Notes under the pieces: model-generated
The model's database searches: none
Told to the model about the DNA's origin: nothing
The model's input: the letters and a program-made list of their open reading frames with translations, nothing else
Program-made: the position numbers and the translations under genes
Source: Macrostomum lignano
Taxonomy: Eukaryota
Length of the DNA stretch: 64,000 bases
Direction of reading: 5' to 3'
Assembly (NCBI GenBank): GCA_002269645.1
Contig: NIVC01000206.1
Span: forward strand, 1-64,000
Shown: in pieces, positions 10,473 to 21,347 of the stretch
Layout: the number at the start of each line of letters is the position of its first letter
Position numbering within the stretch: position 1 is the first letter of the stretch

Positions 10473-13400
10473 CTAAGCAGCCAGTCGGATCCGCTGGCTC
10501 AGATCTGCATAGTTCACTGGCATCAGGGTGACCTTCACGTCCTTCCACAGTCGCAGGTGCGGCCAGTTTGGGTCCTCAGATGGTGTGGGATAAATCCAGT
10601 GCACTGGCAGCAGGAGGTTCACCCACCAGCGTTCGCCGAAGACTCGACACAACGCCTCCGCTGGTTTCAACGAGGATTTGATGGGGAGCTTCTCTTTCAC
10701 CTCAAGAGACAGCAGGCCGCCTCGACTAATCAGCTCTGCGTGCTCCATCAAAAATCCCAATAGTAGAGGCTCGAAAAATCCCAGACAGTAGCCGGTGAAC
10801 ACCAGGATGCAGTCCTGCCAGCTGGCTGATCCTGTGAACGCTTGCGCGATGGTCACGGGAAGGAGGGTGGCAGCCAGGCCAAGTCGGGGCACGAAGTTCG
10901 TCACCATGTAGAGAATGCAGTGCACAGATGCGTAGGTGGCTGCCAGCACTGCGTAGAATAGGAAGACTAGGAAGAAGCTGGAGGGAGAGGGGGGGGCAGT
11001 AGGTTCGGGCACTAGATTCTCACCTGTTCAGGCACTGGATTCTCACCTGTTCAGGCACTGGATTCTCACCTGTTCAGGCACTGGATTCTCACCTGTTCAG
11101 GCACTGGATTCTCACCTGTTCAGGCACTGGATTCTCACCTGTTCAGGCACTAGATTCTCACCTGTTCAGGCACTGGATTCTCACCTGTTCAGGCACTGGA
11201 TTCTCACCTGTTCAGGCACTGGATTCTCACCTGTTCAGGCACTGGATTCTCACCTGTTCAGGCACTGGATTCTCACCTGTTCAGGCACTGGATTCTCACC
11301 TGTTCAGGCACTAGATTCTCACCTGTTCAGGCACCGGATTCTCACCTGTTCGGGCACTAGATTCTCACCTGTTCACACACTAGATTCTCACCTGTTCACA
11401 CACTAGATTCTCACCTGTTCACACACTAGATTCTCACCTGTTCAGACACTGGATTCTCACCTGTTCAGGCACTGGATTCTCACCTTTTCAGGCACTGGAT
11501 TCTCACCTGTTCAGGCACTGGATTCTCACCTGTTCACACACTAGATTCTCACCTGTTCAGGCACTGGATTCTCACCTGTTCAGGCACTAGATTCTCACCT
11601 GTTCAGGCACTGGATTCTCACCTGTTCAGGCACTGGATTCTCACCTTTTCAGGCACTGGATTCTCACCTGTTCACACACTAGATTCTCACCTGTTCACAC
11701 ACTAGATTCTCACCTGTTCAGGCACTGGATTCTCACCTGTTCAGGCACTGGATTCTCACCTGTTCACACACTAGATTCTCACCTGTTCAGGCACTGGATT
11801 CTCACCTGTTCAGGCACTAGATTCTCACCTGTTCAGGCACTGGATTCTCACCTGTTCACACACTCGATTCTCACCTGTTCACACACTAGATTCTCACCCG
11901 TTCAGGCACTGGATTCTCACCTGTTCACACACTAGATTCTCACCTGTTCACACACTGGATTCTCACCTGTTCAGGCACCGGATTCTCACCTGTTCGGGCA
12001 CTAGATTCTCACCTGTTCACACACTAGATTCTCACCTGTTCACACACTAGATTCTCACCTGTTCACACACTAGATTCTCACCTGTTCACACACTAGATTC
12101 TCACCTGTTCAGGCACTGGATTCTCACCTGTTCAGGCACTGGATTCTCACCTTTTCAGGCACTGGATTCTCACCTGTTCAGGCACTGGATTCTCACCTGT
12201 TCACACACTAGATTCTCACCTGTTCAGGCACTGGATTCTCACCTGTTCAGGCACTAGATTCTCACCTGTTCAGGCACTGGATTCTCACCTGTTCAGGCAC
12301 TGGATTCTCACCTGTTCAGGCACTGGATTCTCACCTGTTCGGGCACTGAATTCTCACCTGTTCAGGCACTGGATTCTCACCTGTTCAGGCACTGGATTCT
12401 CACCTGTTCGGGCACTAGATTCTCACCTGTTCAGGCACTGGATTCCCACCTGTTCACACACTAGATTCTCACCTGTTCAGGCACTGGATTCTCACCTGTT
12501 CAGGCACTGGATTCTCACCTGTTCACACACTCGATTCTTACCTGTTCACACACTAGATTCTCACCCGTTCAGGCACTGGATTCTCACCTGTTCAGGCACT
12601 GGATTCTCACCTGTTCAGGCACTGGATTCTCACCTGTTCAGGCACTGGATTCTCACCTGTTCGGGCACTGAATTCTCACCTGTTCAGGCACTGGATTCTC
12701 ACCTGTTCAGGCACTGGATTCTCACCTGTTTGGGCACTAGATTCTCACCTGTTCAGGCACTGGATTCCCACCTGTTCACACACTAGATTCTCACCTGTTC
12801 AGGCACTGGATTCTCACCTGTTCAGGCACTGGATTCTCACCTGTTCACACACTCGATTCTTACCTGTTCACACACTAGATTCTCACCCGTTCAGGCACTG
12901 GATTCTCACCTGTTCAGGCACTGGATTCTCACCTGTTCAGGCACTGGATTCTCACCTGTTCAGGCACTGGATTCTCACCTGTTCGGGCACTGAATTCTCA
13001 CCTGTTCAGGCACTGGATTCTCACCTGTTCAGGCACTGGATTCTCACCTGTTCGGGCACTAGATTCTCACCTGTTCAGGCACTGGATTCCCACCTGTTCA
13101 CACACTAGATTCTCACCTGTTCAGGCACTGGATTCTCACCTGTTCAGGCACTGGATTCTCACCTGTTCACACACTCGATTCTCACCTGTTCACACACTAG
13201 ATTCTCACCCGTTCAGGCACTGGATTCTCACCTGTTCAGGCACTGGATTCTCACCTGTTCACACACTAGATTCTCACCTGTTCACACACTGGATTCTCAC
13301 CTGTTCAGGCATTGGATTCTCACCCGTTCAGGCACTGGATTCTCACCTGTTCAGGCACTGGATTCTCACCTGTTCACACACTAGATTCTCACCTGTTCAC

Positions 13401-15219
13401 ACACTAGATTCTCACCTGTTCACACACTAGATTCTCACCTGTTCACACACTAGATTCTCACCTGTTCACACACTAGATTCTCACCTGTTCAGGCACTGGA
13501 TTCTCACCTGTTCAGGCACTGGATTCTCACCTGTTCAGGCATTGGATTCTCACCTGTTCACACACTAGATTCTCACCTGTTCACACACTAGATTCTCACC
13601 TGTTCACACACTAGATTCTCACCTGTTCACACACTAGATTCTCACCTGTTCACACACTAGATTCTCACCTGTTCACACACTAGATTCACATGTTTAGGCA
13701 CATAAGAAAACTCACCGCTCATTCCCTTCTCCAATGCAGGTCCCAGAGAAGAAGCAGTGATGGTCTCGCTTGAAAACGCATATGTCGCACAGGGGACAGT
13801 GGTGCGTCCTAGGCGGCCTCCAATGCCGGCAGGTGAAGCAGGGCTTATACGACAGGTAGGAATATTTATGGTCCTCAGCTATGGTACGCTTGAACTTAGG
13901 ATTGTTATGAGGCATCGGTATTGGCTGACTGGCATTGTAGGCATTGTACAGCTCCGGGACAATGCTGCTACCAGCCTTTTTGCTCGCTTGCTGATTGTCC
14001 TGCATTTGTGTTTCGTAGAATGTGAGGCAGCGACTGATGAAGATTGGGAGACTGAAGACATATAAAAGATAAACAAGTGAATACACAATGGGAGAGACAA
14101 GACCGAGAGACGGACAGGGAGAGACGGACAAAGAGAGAAGGACAGGGAGAGACGGACAGGGGGAGAAAGACAGGGAGAGATGGACAGGGAGAGAAGGACA
14201 GGGAGAGGACAGGGAGAGGACAGGGAGAGGACAGGTAGAGGACAGGGAGAGGACAGGGAGAGGACAGGGAGAGCACAGGGAGAGGACAGGGAGAGGACAG
14301 GTAGAGGACAGGGAGAGGACAGGTAGAGGACAGGGAGAGGACAGGGAGAGGACAGGTAGAGGACAGGGAGAGGACAGGTAGAGGACAGGGAGAGGACAGG
14401 TAGAGGACAGGTAGAGGACAGGGAGAGGACAGGGAGAGGACAGGTAGAGGACAGGGAGAGGACAGGGAGAGGACAGGTAGAGGACAGGGAGAGGACAGGT
14501 AGAGGACAGGGAGAGGACAGGGAGAGGACAGGTAGAGGACAGGGAGAGGACAGGTAGAGGACAGGGAGAGGACAGGGAGAGGACAGGGAGAGGACAGGTA
14601 GAGGACAGGGAGAGGACAGGGAGAGGACAGGTAGAGGACAGGGAGAGGACAGGGAGAGGACAGGTAGAGGACAGGGAGAGGACAGGAAAAGGACAGGGAG
14701 AGGACAGGGAGAGGACAGGTAGAGGACAGGGAGAGGACAGGTAGAGGATAGGGAGAGGACAGGGAGAGGACAGGTAGAGGACAGGGAGAGGACAGGGAGA
14801 GGACAGGTAGAGGACAGGGAGAGGACAGGGAGAGGACAGGGAGAGAAGGACATTGAGACGCCCCCAGGTCGCACCTTGGTCTTCCGAAAATGCACTTTTT
14901 CCGGGTCGTTTGGGTTGAGCACGAATTCGCCCTGCATTTGCAGCGGCTCGCCAACAAATCGCCTTTGTTGAGTTCGAATCAGCAGCCAGTTGAGCATCAT
15001 CTGGGCCAGGCAGACTGTGGGAAACGCGGCATTGAAGGCGGTGGCCCACCAGCCCCAGCCCTGCCGCTGGATGTTGATGGGGCCAATGAGGAAGACGCCA
15101 AAGGACCAGATACAGGCGCAAGCGAGGATGTAGCATTTGGCGCTGAATCGGTTTAAACTGGCCGGGTTGACGAAGCGAAACCAGGTGCGCTTGAAGACTA
15201 GCAGCAGCTCGGTGGGCAT
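10473..15219 (-). CDS. DHHC-type palmitoyltransferase (ZDHHC22/24-like), 3 exons, ~377 aa
   Basis: Exons 15219-14875, 13999-13716, 10977-10473 with phases 0 and 2 matching. Cys-rich domain CFTCRHWRPPRTHHCPLCDICVFKRDHHCFFSGTCIGEGNER|FFLVFLFY is continuous across the splice. Two TM segments precede it and two follow. Confidence 0.92.
11005..13690. repeat. 23-bp minisatellite (CAGGCACTGGATTCTCACCTGTT)n, ~116 copies, DHHC intron 2
   Basis: Direct reading; variant CACACACTAGATTCTCACCTGTT is interspersed. Confidence 0.98.
14088..14845. repeat. 11-bp purine-rich minisatellite (GGACAGGGAGA/GGACAGGTAGA)n, DHHC intron 1
   Basis: Direct reading. Confidence 0.96.
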
Positions 15220-15422
15220 GGCGCCTTGGAGACTCGGCTCATGAATGCGGTTTGGTCGAATTTAAACTGTTGGAATTCCACATTAAAAAAGTATCTGAAC
15301 ACAAATGCTACTCATAAAAAGCTAGATGGGGCACTTCATGGAAACGTCTGGTCACTTCCTAACCCTTCATAACCCTAACTTAAACCCTGATCCTGACCTA
15401 ATGTCGCATTGTAAGTTATTCG

Positions 15423-16030
15423 CAAGGGGCGCCAGCACCAAGGGGCGCCAGCACCAAGGGGCGCCAGCACCAAGGGGCGCCAGCACCAAGGGGCGCCAGC
15501 ACCAAGGGGCGCCAGCACCAAGGGGCGCCAGCACCAAGGGGCGCCAGCACCAAGGGGCGCCAGCACCAAGGGGCGCCAGCACCAAGGGGCGCCAGCACCA
15601 AGGGGCGCCAGCACCAAGGGGCGCCAGCACCAAGGGGCGCCAGCACCAAGGGGCGCCAGCACCAAGGGGCGCCAGCACCAAGGGGCGCCAGCACCAAGGG
15701 GCGCCAGCACCAAGGGGCGCCAGCACCAAGGGGCGCCAGCACCAAGGGGCGCCAGCACCAAGGGGCGCCAGCACCAAGGGGCGCCAGCACCAAGGGGCGC
15801 CAGCACCAAGGGGCGCCAGCACCAAGGGGCGCCAGCACCAAGGGGCGCCAGCACCAAGGGGCGCCAGCACCAAGGGGCGCCAGCACCAATGGGCGCCAGC
15901 ACCAAGGGGCGCCAGCACCAAGGGGCGCCAGCACCAAGGGGCGCCAGCACCAAGGGGCGCCAGCACCAAGGGGCGCCAGCACCAAGGGGCGCCAGCACCA
16001 AGGGGCGCCAGCACCAAGGGGCGCCAGCAC
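15423..16030. repeat. 16-bp GC-rich minisatellite (CAAGGGGCGCCAGCAC)n, ~38 near-perfect copies
   Basis: Direct reading; 75% GC; one internal variant (CAATGG). Confidence 0.98.
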
Positions 16031-16440
16031 TTTTGAATTGCACTAACAAATTGAACAAATTCTGTTCGCTCTAAACTGATTCACATGCATTTAAATTCAT
16101 TTTTTCGCTGTAATAAAAATCATAAAACAAAGAAATTCGTGTTAAATTGCCATTCGAAAAATAAGACTTATAAATCGGTGTTATTTATTATAGTTTACAT
16201 CAACTAGGAACTCAGCTCGCATAATTTGGACAGATTTGAACAATATTATTTTTCCCAGTTGGCAAAGAAATCCAAAAAGAAAAGATCTATAAAGAGAAAT
16301 GTCCTCTTTCTTGACAATAATTCTAGATCATATTTATAATAATCAGGGCTGCACTTCTGTACATCGCTGTTACAGTACTTGATGAAGAAGTGTTTTTCAG
16401 CGCATATAAGGCTCGGTAAGCATAGGTTAATCACACTAGC

Positions 16441-16959
16441 TCAGTTCCCCACATGGTAGGGATCGTGAATCGGCGGCAGAGTCTGCGCCCGATTGGGCTC
16501 CTCGTAGTGATCGGGATGGCAGAGGCCGTAGCGGACCGGCGGTATGTCGCCTTTGATCGCGCCCGGCTTTCTAGTGACGTCATTTACTCCGGTGTTCTCC
16601 GGCTTCAACGGGAACACCTCTTCGCCGAATGCGCGGCGCTGGCTGGGCTTCGAGTAGCGATCGTACTGCCAGTTGAGGAACTTCTGGTCGGCCTGCCGGG
16701 TGTACTCCAGCCTGCGGCGGTACCAGTCCGGCTCGACTGCCGCGGCGCTGCGAGCGTGCATGTCCCAGTGCGTGTTCCACTGCTGGCAGGAGTTCCACTT
16801 GCGCCAGCCGGCCTGGCAGTAGTCCACCCCGCTGGAGTGCTGCGTGTTCACGTGACCATTGCGCGGCATCCACATGCTGCCGATCTCGTGCAGCGGCGGC
16901 GCCATGAACTGCTGCTTGTAGCGGCTGGCTAAGTTAGGGACTCGATAACTGTCACTCAT
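16441..16959 (-). CDS. Uncharacterised 172-aa protein, single exon
   Basis: GC-rich ORF island in AT-rich flanks with strong C/G-ending codons like neighbouring genes. Non-repetitive and W/Y/H/P-rich. No recognisable domain. Confidence 0.62.
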   Translation of the reverse strand: MSDSYRVPNLASRYKQQFMAPPLHEIGSMWMPRNGHVNTQHSSGVDYCQAGWRKWNSCQQWNTHWDMHARSAAAVEPDWYRRRLEYTRQADQKFLNWQYDRYSKPSQRRAFGEEVFPLKPENTGVNDVTRKPGAIKGDIPPVRYGLCHPDHYEEPNRAQTLPPIHDPYHVGN

Positions 16960-17633
16960 GCTTGATTGCTGAAAAAGTTTTGATGAAAGTAATCAAAATG
17001 AATTGGCTCCCCACAGTCCAACACGAACTGTTATGGTCATTTAAAGCTATACATGTAAAGTTTTTGAACAACAATAATATTATTTATTATAGCTTTATTA
17101 GGTTCTTATTTTTAGTTACATATAATATATCTAAACCCTACAATTAAAAGAGCTCAGAAAAATCTTAGTAAGCTAGCAAAGTTAATTTTATAGAACCACT
17201 CAAATTTATTTCCTGTGTTGTTTTGACTACTTCGAGATAAAATTGAAACTTAACCAGCCTTTCAATTAACTAGCTAATTTTTGCACCAGAATGTAGCATT
17301 TGTCTTAGTTTGATGATATATCTTAAGCAGTAAATTTTTTTAAATCAAAAAACAGAAGCCGGTAGGCTAATAAATGAGTAAAGTAATAGTGTGAGATGAT
17401 GGTTTCAATTAGGTACATGATACTACATTTAAATTTGTCAAGTTTACTAACTAATATCATTTCCACATTAGCTGATCCATATATAAAAAGCTGATCTTGC
17501 GCTCAAATGCACATACTAAGCTTTGTAATACTATAAAAATTGTTTTACCAGTAATTCGATACTTTTTTAGATATGTATATATTGTTTAAATAAACAAATA
17601 AATAAATAAATAAAGACGCCACTGATATGATTT

Positions 17634-17957
17634 ATTAGTGGCGTCGCAATGGATTTTATGGTGGGGGGAGGACAAAACCAAGAAGTCAACATGTACATGT
17701 ACATGACTAAATTCCTATATTTCCATTTTATTGATAATCGTGTTGTCAGCACTCATTTTGGCGCCGTAGGCATTCCTTTTAGCGCCTTAGGCACTCATTT
17801 TGGCGCCTAAGGCGATATATTTTGGCGCCCTGAAGGAAAATTTTTGATTACCACGAGTCATAAGGTGGGATGGGGGGACAAAGCATTGGCATGCCCCCCA
17901 TAGCTTTTACTGGGGGGGGGGCATGTCACCCCTGTCCCCCCAGTGGCGACGCGCCTG
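17634..17957. mobile_element. Short non-autonomous DNA element with imperfect ~17-bp TIRs
   Basis: TAGTGGCGTCGCAATG at the left end and CAGTGGCGACGCGCCTG at the right end (inverted), with G/C-run subterminal tracts. No clear TSD. Confidence 0.4.
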
Positions 17958-20900
17958 TGATATATACATGTTTCTGTTAAAGCTATATGGGGTGGTACGA
18001 TAGAAACCTTGAGCTGATAAGTTGAAAAATTATTAGGAAGTGCTCGAAATTAGATTCTCATTCTAAATATCATTCAAATTTACATGCAACTATTGCATTG
18101 TAGCTGCTAGTGTTACTCGACAACCAGCCAGGGGCCAGCCGGTGGGGTACGGTATACATGCATAGATGCTCAGCCATACAGTAAAACGATATCTAAAGGG
18201 AAAGTGAATTTAAAAAAAAAATAATTTTAGACGGTAATGCCATGTTAAGTGATCACCTTTAACTAAATTTTTGAATTTTTTAGAGATCTACTACAGTTAA
18301 CTGATGAACGTGAGAAGTAAGTACGATGGTTCAAGGAATTCAGCAAATAGAATGCCCAAAAAAAACGACGCTATTACATTGTTATGACAGCAAAAGTTAA
18401 AACAAAAACATTTTAGGCTCTTATGACTTTTTACACTTATAAGTATATAAATATTAAAGTATGCTTCTTTTAACTTTACAATTGTTTATTTATTATGCAA
18501 AATTTCAAGATGAACCACTATCAAAATACGAAATCCTCTTAACTGCATGATAAAGAGGATCATCCAGCTGTAGCTGTAGACGATTGTATCCATTTTTTTA
18601 TTTCGTTTATTTATTAATTTCAACTAAAACTTAATTCTTTTTACTAAAAATATCCAGTTTTATGAAATACTATTAACCGAAACGTCCGTTCACCGAAACG
18701 TTCGGTTAATTGCCGCTGCATTGTGAGTCTGAGTTATTAGTTATCAGCCAGTTATCAACTGATTATTGATTAAATAATATATTTGCAATGTTATTCGGTG
18801 AAAATAAGCCCATTAATAAATTTCAATACTTCTGGTGTCTGAGAATAAAAGATACGGCAGTTGCAGAAAGCGCAGCCGCAACCAGAAATTTGTCGAGGGA
18901 CGGGGGATTTTGGAGGATGGGGTGGATCGAGGGTGGCTCAGCATTTCGGTGAAAATTCGCTTGGCCCCCTTTGCCTTTCTCTGGTCTCCGCTTAAGGGTG
19001 GGCGACCCCCCCCCCCTCTGGTTGCGCCAATGGTTGGCAATTGCAGACTTTGCTTCAATTGTTATACTGCAATAGTGCGAGAACTTTTTATCGTTCGCTT
19101 TTGATTTCGATAAAACTGTACGCGATGAGCTAGTACGCCAGGTGCATGGGAAATCAAGTCAGAGTCAGTCAGTCAGAGTCACAGACCGCGGGATCGATTC
19201 CTCGTCTGAACCCTTCGGCCTTCAGTAATTGGCTGTGATTTTGTATAGATGTTCTCATTTCACGACTGACATCATGACATCGGTGCAGGCATGTTCGTAG
19301 GATTTTACCTTTAATCAGTGAAGTTTCATATACTAAATATTCCGATACTAAAAAAACATGGCAGCATATATTACCCTACAGGCTACAGCTCATTTTATTC
19401 TGTAACATTTAATATAAGTATTGAGTTAAAGCATTATAATCTTTATTTTAAATGGTTTAATCAGGTGCCTGACCATAATTCTTTAAAAAGCTATATGTTA
19501 GTATGTACAACTTACCTGAAAGTTCTCTTAGAATTTTTAATTTCCTTTTTATTCTTTCAAATAACTATTCACAATGTAATTATTCAAGATTGTGTCCAAA
19601 AATTTTACTTCCATTTAAAATTCTGCCTTAGGAACTAATATAAACCAATAATTTAAATATTTTAATTTGCCTTTAAAGAGTATAACTTATTAAATATTGC
19701 TACTGTGTCTGATAGTATAGTATTGTGTAGTATATTTAAGAACTTCTATATGTATATATGTATGTAAATTTACTGTACAGTTTAAATCTTACTTTCTAAA
19801 CAGCTCTCTTTACTTAAACTAACTTGAGTATTTTTCTTTTGTTATTTTTTATAAAAAACTTTATCGTTTTATAATTCTTTTGATGAGTAGGCTAAATGAT
19901 TTATTTTCATTTTTACATGTTGATTTAGTGTAGGTGGATAGGAATATATCGATGGGTTTTAAATTTGATAACTAATAGTACTTTTATCAGATAGGAAAAC
20001 TGAGAGTATTTCAGTTCTTGGCAGTGCAAGACTTTTTAAAAATTAATTGAGTCTTTTTGTTTTCTTAATGAGTTTCTTTACCAACTACCAACTAACAAGG
20101 TATTTTTTCAGTAAAGTTGCGAATTGTGTGCTAATATAGTATAACCCAGATTTATATAGCATCTATTTTACCAGGTCTCTATGTTCTCAATTGTCTAGAT
20201 GAGTTAGAGAAATTATTATTAAAGTGGTCTCATGGTGGTGTCATGTATCCAGAAATTGCACTATTACTCTAATAAATATTCTGGAAAATTCTGTGTCCCA
20301 TGAAACCATACCTGAGTAGGTTTCAAGGGTTTTGTGAAAAGAGTGCTCCAATGACACAAGAGAGAGAGAAAGAAGTTGGGCAGTTCATTGGGCAGCTGCT
20401 CATCAGCTCAAATTAGAGCTCGCCTATTAGCCTGAATAAGCTGCCAATGTGTGCTCAAAACCGGTGTACGTTGCGCTGCGTCAGAGTCCAGCTATTAACC
20501 TCACCACTGTACCTTCAGCGGTATACTCGCTGTTATATTTGCTTATTCATGGAGCTCTGCGTTCGTCTATCTGGATTAGGAAACTCTAGGATGGTAAACT
20601 CTGACGAATTCAGAAATTTAACATAATTTAAAGTCCTATTTGATTATTTTCCATCTTCTGATTTGAACATTGTTAAATTGTTTACAGCAAGTTGAAATTT
20701 ACAAAACTATTTTGCGTACACGCAATTTGATAAGGACTGCTTCATCACAGAAAACGCGCCATATTTTCGACAAAAATAGCCAACCCAAATTGAAAGCTAT
20801 CGCTTGTCTGGAATTTTTCATCACACCACTAAAAATAGAATGCAGCCGATTAATATAATATGCATATTGAAGACATCGGAGTTGCAGTCACACTCATGTG

Positions 20901-21347
20901 GAGAAACTGGAGAATAGCAGTTTGAGTCTGTGTAGCACTTCACTCCAGATAGTGTGTCTATGTAGAACTCCACGCGACTCGGAAAGAATTTTAACTTACC
21001 GAATGGCATGATGAGAAAGAGGGAAAGAGAGAGAGAGAGAAGTGTACATAGATTTTGGCTGTTCAGGTCATTTTCAAGGGTATATATGCATCTATTTGCG
21101 TTAGTGCAATGAAAAATAGATATGTACATTTCTCTTGTTCGCAAAAATACAGGTTTCGCACGCGAGAAGCCTGCAGTGTGAGTCAGATTGCCCGGCTTTG
21201 GCTAATGCTAGAAAACTCACTCCAGAATATAGTGTACCCCATAAAACGCTTGCAAAAATTTGCTTCATTTCAGAAATTTTAAGCCAAAAAGTAAAGCTTG
21301 TTGACAAGCTTAAACTGGAAGTGAAACTTATAGCACGAACTTGAAGG

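Noticed and set aside
4525-13690. CRISPR-like appearance of the 40-bp and 23-bp arrays (also 31241-31400)
   Set aside because: No unique spacers, no cas genes, and a eukaryotic intron context.
15219-15242. Upstream ATG at 15242 as the DHHC start
   Set aside because: It is 23 nt upstream and out of frame with the ATG at 15219; at most a uORF or an indel error.
13712-16074. ORFs with (LSSPCPLPV)n and (GAPAPRGASTK)n
   Set aside because: Repeat-derived; only the non-repetitive ends are true DHHC exons.
19140-19230. B-box-like GGGATCGATTCC suggesting a tRNA-derived SINE
   Set aside because: No convincing A box, cloverleaf or tail.
20430-20620. Possible extra 5' exon of the LRR-Ig gene
   Set aside because: All frames close quickly, no good donor, and the ATG at 21348 already provides a signal peptide in the correct phase.
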